NCBI GenBank assembly: GCA_963827235.1
Contig: CAWHAE010000010.1
Span: 960,001-1,024,000, forward strand
Length of the DNA: 64,000 bases
Origin: an uncultured bacterium
Lineage (GTDB): Bacteria > Chloroflexota > UBA5177 > JANWHV01
Direction: 5' to 3'
Part shown: positions 41,001 through 51,090 of the stretch, one piece after another
Position numbering within the stretch: position 1 is the first letter of the stretch
Layout: every line of letters starts with the position of its first letter
Notes under the pieces: generated by a model
Database searches by the model: none
Told to the model about the DNA's origin: nothing
The model's input: the letters and a program-made list of their open reading frames with translations, nothing else
Position numbers and translations under genes: made by a program

Positions 41001-41583
41001 CGAGGGCGTCCACGTGGACCAGGTTGGCCTCCGTCTGCTCCAGGCGCGACTCCGCCTCGTCTCGCCGCAGGTAGAACTGCTTGAGCCCTGCAAGATTCTC
41101 GATCACGGGACGGCGCTCCTCGGAGCGCAACGAGAGCACCGCGTCGACCAGTCCCTGGCCGACCACGACGTGACCGCCGGCATGAATAGATGCTCCCGCC
41201 AGCAGGTCGACGATCTCCCGCAGCCGGACGCGCACGCCGTTGAGCAGATACTCGTTTTCACCGGACCGGTAGGCCCGCCTGGTCACGCGCACCTCGCTAT
41301 AGGGCAGATCCAGCCATTGGCCGTCGTTCACGAAGACGAGAGAGACCTCGGCCACACCCAGGCTGGACCGGCGCGCGTTGCCGGCGAAGATCAGCTCGTC
41401 GGTAGAGCGGCAGCGAACGTGTCGCAGGTTCGACTCGCCCAGCGCCCAGCGCACCGCATCGGTGATGTTGCTCTTGCCGCTCCCGTTCGGGCCCACGATG
41501 GCCGTAATGCCCGGACGCAGATCGAGTGTCGTCCGCCCGGCGAACGTCTTGAAGCCCTGGAGCACAACACTCTGCAGATACAA
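38014..41583 (-). CDS. smc: Chromosome segregation protein SMC
   Basis: GFKTF, GPNGSGKSNI, coiled coils, hinge, GPVN, LSGGE and LLDEVEAALD. 1189 aa. Confidence 0.95.
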   Translation of the reverse strand: MYLQSVVLQGFKTFAGRTTLDLRPGITAIVGPNGSGKSNITDAVRWALGESNLRHVRCRSTDELIFAGNARRSSLGVAEVSLVFVNDGQWLDLPYSEVRVTRRAYRSGENEYLLNGVRVRLREIVDLLAGASIHAGGHVVVGQGLVDAVLSLRSEERRPVIENLAGLKQFYLRRDEAESRLEQTEANLVHVDALVAELAPQLESLARQAEALRDYRTAEGELRRLQQVSFGAQAARLAMRLQLARQRDDDATAHRDAAQRRVRQLSAEGDALAAGLKDDRAARDALQERLKSQMALAAASQRDREVACVQLKAAEERLDLATAEQRRLASAAERERSSLARAAQARAEAHADRAEVEARLAAGRAAQAGLARERDRVAAEERRAQARSDEASRIASQLAGSVAMLTASLESGAGELERQQAQLAAAAAALDEVERDLAAAKSSLAACEKARSAAAESEEVERRRVEAVSRAASAAEAALREVSRESDQLNTRCTVLQSWLDGLERFEEPVRKLANHGAVSGIVSQAIDVDPEWQVSMATFLSGRADSLLSDRPADLIAETAGGGGRLRILSLAGSAHGWGVASLNGAEKPVQALRGLLAGSSVDARQVLGWASDVCHDAAGLPACSLLELDRVLLLADLDALIRCCPMLPALRLGAVVLDRAIAALPDGSIVCGLEEAASEVIARRRDIVVLREALAELSEREATAGATLDRERERLEAAQRDHASSRVALDAATQAVARAREESRVQERLLDQARRAVVGAETPARRLVQDLGDKRKRLEAEQARESTVRGEAEAARQALARSRSDHEKARERLSAAGAACRDDEQAASRLRERATAAERLLVEQQARVAGIDGDLARCAQAAQEAAARIASLRASAEAAATTEQETSLALRSLERDLQPLEERLSDEESRFTAQRAAYHEAAQQLTQAQVVCDTAHADLESVTRDLEVLRVQVSAELRCGVEELPDEPVPHGAVSRIKALRALLAGMGPVNARAEEDYAGAGERLSFLRTQSADLHEGVARLRGIIEDTNETVRGRFRSTVEELDRQFCTFFERLFGGGTCRLVAQYDERGLPAGLEVSVQPPGKRARDLALLSGGERALVAMALLFAMLKVRPVPFCLLDEVEAALDEANTGRFGAILREMSADTQFILVTHNRGTMMHADRLYGVTMSETGISTLASLEMQAMSG

Positions 41584-41586
41584 GCG

Positions 41587-42897
41587 CTAGCGCCCTCCGG
41601 CCTCCATGGCCGCGGCGTGCGCCGGGAATCCCTCGTGGCGTGCCAGAGCGATAACACCAGGACGCAGGGCCGCTAATGCCGCCGGATCGAGCCGCGCTAC
41701 CGAGCTACGCTTGAGAAAAGTGTGCGCGGTCACGCCCGAGGACAGGCGAGCGAAGCCGCCGGTGGGCAGCGTGTTTGGGATGCCGACCGAGAAATTGGCG
41801 GCCGCGAACGGCGTGCCCTGTCCGAGCAAGATCTCGCCGGCATTGCGAACCTGCACGGCAAGGCCTTCCGGGGCCCGGACCGCGAGCTGCAGATGCTCCG
41901 GAGCATACTCGTCGACGAAGGCAAGTCCTGCTTCCAGGTCCGGGACCACGATGGCACCGCCGTATTGCGAGGTGGCAGCGGACGCGTAGGAGTGGCGCGG
42001 CTCAGGAAGCTCGGCGAGTCGGCGGCGGAATCGCTCCTCCACCCGGTCGAGCAGCGTGCCGCTCGTGATAAGCAGAAGCGCGGCCGAGTCCGACCCATGT
42101 TCGGCATCGTTGAGCAGATCCGCCGCCAGCAGGTCGGGATCGGCGTACTCGTCGGCCAGGATCAGCGCCTCGGAGGGGCCGTAGATCAGACCGACGGCTA
42201 CGCCGAAACGCTGCACGGCGAGCTGCGCGGCGGCAACGGCCGGGCTCGAAGGCCCGTCGATTCGCCTGACCGGGGCGATGCTCTCCGTGCCCAGTGCCAG
42301 GGCGGCCACGCCGGCCACACCATTGCAGCGATAGACCTCCGATACGCCAAGCCTGCCGGCCACTGCCAGCACGGCCGGGTCGACGTCGCCGCCGCCACCA
42401 GGCAACGGAGGCAGCACGGCGGCGATCGAGGGCACACCGGCGGTGACCGCGGGCGTGCCGAGGTGGATCATGACGGAGGGAAAGGAACCTTTCCGGCAAG
42501 GCACGTAGAGGCCCACGCGGTCCAGCGGGCCGGCCTGTTCGCCTACGTGGACGCCGGGCGCGATCTCCGCGCTCCAGCCGGAGTGCTCCACGATATGGCG
42601 GTTGAAGCTCCGCACGTTGGCGATTGCCTCGTCGATGCCGGCCAGTACCTGCGGTGCCAGGCTCTCAGTGGCCGCGGCGATGGCGCCGGCGGCGATTCTC
42701 AGGTCCTCCGCCCGGAGTGAGACGCCATCGTGCGTGGCGGTGGCGCGCACGAGCGCGTCGTCACCATGGAGCCTGACGTCCTCGATCACCGACTCCACGG
42801 AGAGACGGAGCTTGTCGTCGAACACCTCTCGCGAGGATCGGCGCATGATGAACGCCTTTTCATCCGGCGTCATTGTTTGCAGGTCGTAGCGTCTCAT
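41587..42897 (-). CDS. Histidinol dehydrogenase-family protein (divergent paralog)
   Basis: RVGLYVP, GPSE, AEH, APEHL, LPTGG and EGFPAHA present. Several substrate and Zn motifs are altered. Confidence 0.88.
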   Translation of the reverse strand: MRRYDLQTMTPDEKAFIMRRSSREVFDDKLRLSVESVIEDVRLHGDDALVRATATHDGVSLRAEDLRIAAGAIAAATESLAPQVLAGIDEAIANVRSFNRHIVEHSGWSAEIAPGVHVGEQAGPLDRVGLYVPCRKGSFPSVMIHLGTPAVTAGVPSIAAVLPPLPGGGGDVDPAVLAVAGRLGVSEVYRCNGVAGVAALALGTESIAPVRRIDGPSSPAVAAAQLAVQRFGVAVGLIYGPSEALILADEYADPDLLAADLLNDAEHGSDSAALLLITSGTLLDRVEERFRRRLAELPEPRHSYASAATSQYGGAIVVPDLEAGLAFVDEYAPEHLQLAVRAPEGLAVQVRNAGEILLGQGTPFAAANFSVGIPNTLPTGGFARLSSGVTAHTFLKRSSVARLDPAALAALRPGVIALARHEGFPAHAAAMEAGGR

Positions 42898-43223
42898 CGC
42901 CGATCTCCGGTGGCACACTGGTCAGAGCACTACCAGTCAGGTTACAGGATCGGTGGCCGGGTTGGGCCGGCATTGTCGCCGGGCTCAACGGCCATTCAAG
43001 CAAACGGGCGGGAATCTTGAACCGGCGGATCTTCGTCGTGCAAGCCACCCGATTCAACGACGCGGTGTCCAGGAAGCATGCGACGCCCCAAGCACCGGGT
43101 CATCCGGCGGCGCCAGGGTGGGACGCGTGCGCCTGCCGGCGTTCTCCAGCCAGCTCGGCGAGCGTCATGGCGCCGTGTCCGCAGTCTGCTCGACAGGCCC
43201 GCGGTTGCGGTATGCTGATGCAA

Positions 43224-44466
43224 ATGCGCATCGTGCACCTGGCAGACCTTCACCTCGGCACCGAGCTCTACGGGCACTACGACGCCGCCACCGGCAGCTC
43301 CACACGCCTGGCGGATTTCGGTGCCGTCATGGACGTCGCGGTGGAACGCGCCATCCGCGAGCGAGCGGACCTCTTTCTCTTCGCCGGCGATGCATACAAG
43401 ACCCGCGATCCTAGCCCGACCCAGCAGCGCGAGCTGGCGATGCGCCTGCGAAGGCTGCTGGAGGCGGGCGTGCCCGTCTTTCTCCTCACGGGAAATCACG
43501 ACATGCCCAACGCGGTTGCCCGTGCCACCAGCCTGGACATCTTCGGGGCACTGTCACCTGCCGGGTTCACCGTGGCCAGCAGGCCGGGCCTGCACACCGT
43601 GCAGACGGCATCCGGCCCGCTCTACGTCGTGGCGGTGCCGTGGATCACGCGGAGCGCCTTTTTCGCGCGCGACGAGAACAAGAACCTTCCTCCCGACGAG
43701 CTGCAGATTCCGCCTGCTCGAGCGGCTCGAGCAGAGCCTGGAGATTGCTATCGGGCGCATGGAGGACGACGGCATCCCTGCCCTGCTCACGCTTCACGGA
43801 ACGGTACAAGGGGCCGTGTACAGCGGCGAACGAGATGCCATGCTGAGCCATGATCTGGTCATCCCGCAAAGCGTGATCTGCAACCCTCGCTTCTCCTACG
43901 TGGCGCTGGGACACATCCACAAGTACCAGGTGCTCAATCGCCAGCCGCTGGCCGTCTACGCGGGCAGTCCCGAGCGCATCGACTTCGGCGAGGAACACGA
44001 CGAGAAAGGCTACGTCCTCGTGACGCTCGACCGTCAGGGCGCCAGCCACCAGTTCGTCGCCCTCCCCGCCAGGCCCTTCAAGACGATCGACGTGCGCTGT
44101 GAGGGCGACGATCCCACCGGGGACATCCTGGCTGCCCTGCAGGGCCGCGAGCTGGACGGCGCCGTGGTGCGCATTCGCGCCCGGCTTACGCCTGCCAACC
44201 AAGGACGCGTGCGCGACGCGGAGGTGCGGGCTGCGGCGCGCGACGCCTCCTACGTCGTGATCCGGCGCGAGGTCGAGCGTGCCTGGCGCGAGAGCGACCG
44301 GGGCAGCGCCTACAGCATGGCGATGACTCCGCTGGAAGCGCTATCCACCTACCTCGAGCGCGAGCGGCCTAATGAATCGAGCGAGCGGCGCGCCATCCTG
44401 ATCGAGACCGCGCGCCTACTGATCGGCGAGGTGGAGCCTGCCACCGAGCCTGGGAGTTTGGAATGA
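43224..44466 (+). CDS. sbcD: SbcD (Mre11-like) nuclease, frameshift near 43710
   Basis: HLADLHLG, AGD and GNHD in the first frame. YVALGHIH and YAGSPERIDFGE in the second frame. Confidence 0.9.
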
Positions 44467-45479
44467 GTGAATATGAGCCTAGCGGTCGCCACGCCGGGCC
44501 GATGTTGGCGGAGCTGCATTCCCACGTGGGCGCCGCCGTCGACCCGGCGTTGCTGTTCAGCATTGCCCACGACCAGGGCATCAGGCTACCTTCCAAGAGC
44601 TACTGGCAGTTCGCCGAGCTCGTGACCGCCGATCCGGCGCGCGTGAAGACATTCGAGGCCTATCTCGACCTCTTCCACTGGACGGAGCTGATCCAGTCCA
44701 GCCCGGAGGCCATGCAAACGTGTGTGAAGTCGATCATCGGCGGCGGCTACCGGCACTGCAACATAGACCTGATCGAGCTGCGCTACTGCCCGATGAAGAG
44801 GAACCGAGACGGCGAGCGCGACCTGGACCACATCATACTGGCATCCACGCACGGCATGGACCGTGCCTTGCTCGAGTATCCGGACGTGCGGGCCGGCATC
44901 ATTTTGTGCGCGGATCGCAGTCTGGACCCGGCGGCTAACGAGACGATCGTGCAGAAGGCGATCAAGTACCAGACGTATGGCGTGGTGGGCATAGACCTGG
45001 CGGGACCCGACGTGGAGACCTTTGGCGGCCCCGGCTGCCTGGAGCGTGAATTCGCCCAGGCGCGGGCCGCCGGGCTCGGCATCACGGTGCACGCGGGCGA
45101 GAAAGGTACCGTCGAGGAGATGTGGGACGTGCTGGAGAAGCTGAAGCCCACGCGCATTGGTCACGGCGTCAAGTCGGTGCAGGACGAAAGGCTGCTGGCC
45201 ACGCTGGCCGAGCGCGAGATCACGCTGGAAGTCTGCCCGACGTCGAACCTGCGCACGGGCGCAGTGCGCGATGTGGAGGAGTTCTCGGAGATCTTTGCCC
45301 GGTTCCACGAGTTCGGCGTGCGCTATTGCATCAACACCGATGGGCCGGAGATGCTGCATACCGATCTGGTCCGCGAGCGCGAGCTCTTGCTGCGACATGG
45401 CGTCCTCGACGAACACAAGCTGGCTCAGGCCGACGAGAACGCACGGCGAGCCACGTTCGTGCGCGGCGCCGGGAGCTAG
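44463..45479 (+). CDS. Adenosine deaminase-family amidohydrolase
   Basis: ELHSHVG, IELR, GIDLAG, TVHAGE, RIGHG, EVCPTSN and INTDGP. Confidence 0.9.
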   Translation: MSEYEPSGRHAGPMLAELHSHVGAAVDPALLFSIAHDQGIRLPSKSYWQFAELVTADPARVKTFEAYLDLFHWTELIQSSPEAMQTCVKSIIGGGYRHCNIDLIELRYCPMKRNRDGERDLDHIILASTHGMDRALLEYPDVRAGIILCADRSLDPAANETIVQKAIKYQTYGVVGIDLAGPDVETFGGPGCLEREFAQARAAGLGITVHAGEKGTVEEMWDVLEKLKPTRIGHGVKSVQDERLLATLAEREITLEVCPTSNLRTGAVRDVEEFSEIFARFHEFGVRYCINTDGPEMLHTDLVRERELLLRHGVLDEHKLAQADENARRATFVRGAGS

Positions 45480-45482
45480 AGC

Positions 45483-48044
45483 ATGGTTCCTCTGCACCTT
45501 CGCCTGCGGAACTTCCTCAGCTACGGGGTGGAAGGAGGCGACCTGGATCTTCGTTCCATACACCTGGCCTGCCTGACCGGAGCTAACGGCAACGGCAAGT
45601 CAGCCCTGGTCGACGCCATGACCTGGGCACTGTGGGGACGCAGCCGCGCGGCCCGCGAGGACGAGCTGCTGCGCCACGGCACCACGGACATGGAGGTGGA
45701 GCTCGAGTTCGCCGCAAATCACGCCGTCTACCGGGTGTTGCGCAAGCGCTCACTGCGCAAGGGCCCCAGCGTGCCCTCACTGGAGCTGCAGGTGCTGGAT
45801 GGCGACCGTTACCGGGCGATCACGGGCAATTCGATCGGCGAGACCGAGAGGACGATCGCCGGATTTGCTGCGTCTGAGCTACGAGACGTTCGTCAACTCC
45901 TCGCTGCTGCTGCAGGGCCGTGCCGACATGTTCACGACCAAGAAGCCGGCCGAGCGCAAGGAAGTCCTGGCCGAGATACTTGGACTGGGCCGCTACGAGG
46001 CGCTGTCGGAGCGGGCGCGCGAGCGCGAGCGAGAAGATCGCGCCGACGCGGAGCACCGGAGCGCCCGCATCGAGCAGCTCGACCAGATCCTGGCGGGCCT
46101 GCCCGCCGTTCGCGAGCAGCTCGCCGCCACCGGGAGCGAGCTCGCGGAGCTTCAGGCGCAAAGTGCCAGCACGGAGGAGCGCGTGGGCGAGCTCGAGAAG
46201 CGGCTTCACACCCTGGTTGGGCTGCGCGAATCCCTGGGTCGGCTGACCGAGCGTCTGGTCGCGATCGAGCGCGAGGAGGATCACGGGCAGCGGCGACTGG
46301 CCGAAGCAGAGGCACGCGCCCGAGCCGCCGAAGAGCTCCTGGCCGGCGAGGCGGCGATCCGGCAGCGCGTCTCCGAGCTGCTGGCCGCCCGAAAAGAGAA
46401 CGACAGACTGGGCCTGCTCGTGGTCCAGCTGCGAGAGCTGGAGGCTCGCGCGGCAGAAGCGAGGCAGACGATGGCCGCGGAGGAGGCCAAGATCAAGTCG
46501 GAGATGGGCGCTGCCGAGACGGGGCTCAGCCAGGCTCGCGCGGCAGTCGACGGTCTTGCCGTCCTGGCTCCAGAGCTGGAGGCGGCACGCACGCGGCACG
46601 CCCAGGTTGCCGAACTGCAGGAGAGGCGGCAGCGATGCGCGGCCGAGCTGGAGGCCATCGTAGGCAGGATTGGCGAGACGCGCGGCACCATAGCGGCGCT
46701 GAACGCCCGATGCGATGAGCTGCGCGAGAAGATCGTGATCCTGAGGAAGGCCGGGTCGGTCTGTCCCACTTGCGGCGGGGAGCTGGACGAACAGCGGCGC
46801 AGAGAAGCGGTGGACGCCGCGATGCAGGAGGGCGTGCAGAGCAAGGCACGGCAGGCCGCCCAGGAGGCAGTCGAGCGGGAGTTGTTGAGTGAGCAGCAGC
46901 GGCTGCAGGGCGTGCTCACAACCGTCGACAAGACCATTCGCGAAGCGCAGCAAGCCGGCCGCAGGCAGGCGGAGCTGGAGGAGAAGGCGCGCTCCCTGCA
47001 GTCGCTGGCCGATACAGTGCCGTCGCTCGAGGGCTGAGGGCCGAGCTATCCGGAAGGCTGCAGACCATGGCCTTCGCGGCGGAGGCGCGTGCGGTCGTGG
47101 AAGCCACCGGGCGAGATATGGCAGCCCTGGGCTACAGCAGGGACGAACACGATGCCGTCCAGACTCACATCCGCGCCCTGGCGCCGGCCGAGGCGCAGCT
47201 CCAGCGGCTAGAAGCTGCGCGAGCCGAAGCACAACAAGCGGCGGTCGAGCAATCAGGCGCGCGCGCCCACCTCGACGCGCTGGCTGCCGAGCGCGCTCGA
47301 GTGCGCGAGGAGGTGGTGCCGTTGCAGGAGGCCGTGACGGAGCTGCCGGCGGCACGCGACGCCGCGCTGCAGGCACGGAACAAGCTCGGCAGCATGCGCG
47401 CCGCCGAGCAAGTTCTGCAGCAGCGAATCGGCGGCCTGCGCAATCAGCTGGAAGAAGGCGCCCGGCTGGAGCGCGAACGCACCGCGGCGGCAGCGTCACT
47501 GGCAGAGGCGGAGAGGAGCGCCTGGGCACACCGAGAGCTGGGAGCTATTTTTGGCAAGCGCGGCATTCAGACCATGCTGATCGAGAACGCGCTGCCCGAG
47601 CTCGAAGAGGACGCGAACGACTTGCTTTCGCGCATGACCGACAACAGCACCCAGGTCAAGTTCGCTACTCAGCGCCAGGGAACCGGCGGCAAAGCCATCG
47701 AGACGCTCGAGATCCAGATCGCGGATAGCATGGGCACGCGGACCTACGAGATGTTCAGCGGAGGCGAGGCCTTTCGCATCAATTTCGCCATTCGCATCGC
47801 CCTGTCCAAGCTCCTCACCCGCCGCGCCGGCACCGACTTGAGCTTCATGTTGATCGACGAAGGCTTCGGCACGCAGGACGAGCAGGGGCGCGACCGCCTA
47901 GTCGAAGCGATCGGAGCCGTGGCGGACGACTTCGAGAAGATCCTGGTGGTGACGCACATCGACGAGCTGAAGGACCAGTTCGACGTACACGTGGAGGTCG
48001 GCAAGGGGCCGGGCGGATCGCACATCACGGTCTCTGCCGCCTAG
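45483..48044 (+). CDS. sbcC: SbcC (Rad50-like) ATPase, frameshifts near 45865 and 47035-47070
   Basis: NFLSY, GANGNGKS, Q-loop LLQG, Zn hook CPTCG, FSGGE and LIDEGFGTQD, spread over three ORF pieces. Confidence 0.9.
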
Positions 48045-48189
48045 TGCGCTGCCGCGATCGAACCGCTCAATCTGGACAGGATGCGCGCGCCGTCGTAGGT
48101 GCCCTTGTTCAGCAGCGACACGAATGCTCGCTCTCCGCACAATCGCCGCTCCGAACAGCTACCGCGCCGGAAGAGGAAGCGCGGTGCAT

Positions 48190-48753
48190 TCACGCGGGTT
48201 GGTAGCGCAGCAACACGATGCCCGACGAGTAGACCTTGCTTTCGAACAGCCGCAGGGACGCGGCAGGCGCAGCCTCGAAGAGGCGTTTGCCGCTTCCCAG
48301 GACGAGCGGGTAGACGAGCAGCCGGTACTCGTCGACCAGTCCGTGCGACATCAGCGCCCGCACCAACGTGGCGCTGCCCGCCACGAGGATGTCCTGTCCG
48401 GGCTCCTGCTTCAGCCTGGACACGCTCTCCGCCAGGTCGGCCTTAACCAACCGGGAGTTGTTCCATTCCAGAGCAGCCAGGGTCGTAGAGACGACGTGCT
48501 TCGGCAGACCGTTCATCCTGTCCGCGAAGCCAGCGGGGTCGGCCGCGGAGGGCCAGGCAGCCGCGAAGCCCTGGTAGGTGATCCGGCCCAGCAGCAGCGC
48601 GTCGCTGGCGAATAGCTCGTCGAGCTTGAGCTTCATGACTTCCTCGTCGCGGTAGCGGAAGGACCAGCCGCCGTGCGCGAAGCCCTCGGCGCCACCGGGA
48701 TCCTCCATCACTCCGTCCAGGGTCACGAACTCCGATACGACTACCTTTCTCAC
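48190..48753 (-). CDS. Dihydrofolate reductase-like (RibD C-terminal) protein
   Basis: GGAGG RBS. FVTLDGV, LLLGRITY, GSATLV and LVDEYRLLVYPLVLGSGKRLF. Confidence 0.9.
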   Translation of the reverse strand: MRKVVVSEFVTLDGVMEDPGGAEGFAHGGWSFRYRDEEVMKLKLDELFASDALLLGRITYQGFAAAWPSAADPAGFADRMNGLPKHVVSTTLAALEWNNSRLVKADLAESVSRLKQEPGQDILVAGSATLVRALMSHGLVDEYRLLVYPLVLGSGKRLFEAAPAASLRLFESKVYSSGIVLLRYQPA

Positions 48754-49008
48754 TGCAACCTCCACGAATTCGTGCTCACGCTCGTCCCGTGCCGTCTCCT
48801 CGTGCACGACGCCCGGCCCCATGCCGGCTTCGCGCCTCCTTATAGTGCCTGCCGTGTGTAAAGACGTCCAGACAGGAATCCGGATACCCGGCGAGCGCAC
48901 TCGACGCCGGAACTTCGCTCGGCATGGGCTTCTCAGCGCTGCTTGAGCCAATGGCGGAAGTGTGCTTCAATACGCCGGTGTACCTATTCAGTACTCATGG
49001 AGGAGCCC

Positions 49009-49923
49009 ATGAATCCATCACTGCGCGGACAGGTGGCGCTGGTCACCGGCGGCACCCGCGGGGCGGGCCGCGGCATAGCGCTCGGGCTGGGCGCTGCCGG
49101 CGCTACCGTCTACGTGAGCGGCCGGAGCACACGCTCGTCGCCGAGCCCGATCGGCCGCCCGGAGACGATCGAGGAGACCGCGGAAATGGTCACCGAGGCC
49201 GGCGGCCTGGGTATCGCGGTCCGCTGCGACCACCTGGTGCCTTCAGAGGTCTCGGCACTGCTTGACCGCATCGTCGAAGAGCAGGAGGGCCGGCTGGACG
49301 TGCTGATCGACAACACGTGGGGCAGCGATCAGTGGATTGAATGGAAGCCGTTGTGGGAACACGATCTCGGCAACGGCCTGCGCGCCCTGCGCAACGGCCT
49401 GGAAACGCATCTGATAACGCTCCACACGGCGCTACCACTCATGGTGCGCCGGGGTCGCGGACTCGTCGTGGAGGTCACCGACGGCGACGACATGTTCAAC
49501 GCCCGATACCGCGGCTCGATGTTCTTCGACATGGTCAAGGTGGCGGTCACCCGGCTGGGCAAGGTGCTGAGCGACGAAACGGCGCCGCTCGGGATTACTT
49601 CACTCTCCCTCACGCCCGGTTTTCTGCGCTCGGAGGCGATGCTCGATCACTTTGGAGTCGCGGAGGCAAACTGGCGAGACGCGATCGCGCAGGACAAATG
49701 GTTCGCGATCTCCGAGTCGCCGCACTATATCGGGCGTGCCGTGTCCGCGCTGGCGGCCGATCCGCAGGTCGCGCGCTGGTCTGGCCAGTCGGTATCGACC
49801 GGCCAACTGGCGAAGCACTATGGATTCACCGACGTGGATGGATCGCAGCCGGAGGCAAGCCGATTCTTCGCCGACGCCTACTTCGGCGACAAGAAGGAGG
49901 CCAGCGCGGCGGAGTACCGCTGA
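49009..49923 (+). CDS. Short-chain dehydrogenase/reductase
   Basis: TGGTRGAGRG, VEVTDG and TPGFLRSE. The catalytic YxxxK reads FDMVK here. Confidence 0.88.
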   Translation: MNPSLRGQVALVTGGTRGAGRGIALGLGAAGATVYVSGRSTRSSPSPIGRPETIEETAEMVTEAGGLGIAVRCDHLVPSEVSALLDRIVEEQEGRLDVLIDNTWGSDQWIEWKPLWEHDLGNGLRALRNGLETHLITLHTALPLMVRRGRGLVVEVTDGDDMFNARYRGSMFFDMVKVAVTRLGKVLSDETAPLGITSLSLTPGFLRSEAMLDHFGVAEANWRDAIAQDKWFAISESPHYIGRAVSALAADPQVARWSGQSVSTGQLAKHYGFTDVDGSQPEASRFFADAYFGDKKEASAAEYR

Positions 49924-50084
49924 GCGGCGGACCCACGCCCGCGGATTACTGAGACCGCGAGCGGCGGGGCGGTCGTGGTGGGGACCTTTCCGACCATGTA
50001 TCCTAGATCGCGGGACGCCACCATGACCCGCGTGCGCTACCGTGCGTCCGCCTTACTTCAGGTTCACGACTTGCGGAGGATACA

Positions 50085-51080
50085 TTGGCCGGCAACGACT
50101 CTTCAAACCACCAGCGGTCAGCCCCTCGCGCGCGCAATCGGGCGCCGGGGACGGCGCCGCGCCAGGCGGCAGGCGATCGCCTGCAAAAGCGCTCCACGAC
50201 CGGAGGCTCACAGCGACTGGGCGTGGACCCTTCGCTCGCGCGCCGCCGGCCATCTCGAGCGCGCCGGGCGCGCCCCTGGTGGAGTGGTCCCATTCCAATC
50301 GTGGCGGCAGTGGTCGTGGTGGCGGCAGTGGTCGCCGGTATCATTATCGCCTCCAACAGCGGCGGAAACGGCATGTACAGCGACGACCCGCTGATCGGGA
50401 AGCAGGTCCCCGCCAGCGTGCTGGACAAGGTGACCAACATCAGCCCGTCGGTGATCTCGACGGTCGGCGCCGGCACGATCGTCGACCCGCTGCAGGCCAT
50501 ATCGGGGCCGGCACTGCGGACCGGCGGCCTGCCACAGGTTCTCTATATTGGCGCGGAGTTCTGCCCATACTGCGCCGCAGACCGCTGGAGCCTGGTGAAC
50601 GCTCTCGGCCGATTCGGCACCTTCTCCAACCTGCACTACATGCGCTCGGCGCTCACCGATCAGGATCTGGTCACGTTCACCTTTCACGGCTCCAGCTACA
50701 GCAGCAAGTACGTGAACTTCGTTCCCGTCGAGAACGAGGATCGGGCGGAAAACCAGCTCGAGCCCTTGACCACCCTGCAGGCGCAGCTTCTCTCTTCGCT
50801 GGGGAACAGCGGCTTCCCCTTCGTGGATATCGACGGCAAGTATGCCAACGACGCGAAAGGCGCCTTCCCCGGTGGATACAATCAGACACTGCTCAGCGGG
50901 CTTACGTGGACACAGGTAACGTCGAGGCTGTCGGATCCGACAAACGCCCACACGCAGGGGATGGTAGCGGCCGCCAACTACTTCACGGCAGCTATCTGCA
51001 AGGTCACCGGCAACCAGCCCAGCTCGGCCTGCGGCACCGCAACGATCCGCTCCGTCGAGCAGCTTCTGCCAAGGAAATAG
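50085..51080 (+). CDS. DUF929-family membrane-anchored thioredoxin-like protein
   Basis: One TM helix, YIGAEFCPYCAADRW..ALGRFGTFSNL and C-terminal ICKVTGNQPSSAC. Confidence 0.85.
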   Translation: MAGNDSSNHQRSAPRARNRAPGTAPRQAAGDRLQKRSTTGGSQRLGVDPSLARRRPSRARRARPWWSGPIPIVAAVVVVAAVVAGIIIASNSGGNGMYSDDPLIGKQVPASVLDKVTNISPSVISTVGAGTIVDPLQAISGPALRTGGLPQVLYIGAEFCPYCAADRWSLVNALGRFGTFSNLHYMRSALTDQDLVTFTFHGSSYSSKYVNFVPVENEDRAENQLEPLTTLQAQLLSSLGNSGFPFVDIDGKYANDAKGAFPGGYNQTLLSGLTWTQVTSRLSDPTNAHTQGMVAAANYFTAAICKVTGNQPSSACGTATIRSVEQLLPRK

Positions 51081-51090
51081 GGGTGAATGC

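Noticed and set aside
43700-47070. Programmed frameshifting in sbcD and sbcC
   Set aside because: No slippery heptamers are evident, and similar indels are scattered across unrelated genes, consistent with sequencing error.
38014-48044. smc, sbcCD and the deaminase as a Wadjet, Lamassu or RADAR defence system
   Set aside because: SMC and SbcC/SbcD carry canonical housekeeping motifs. No JetABD, LmuA or RdrA-like genes are seen.
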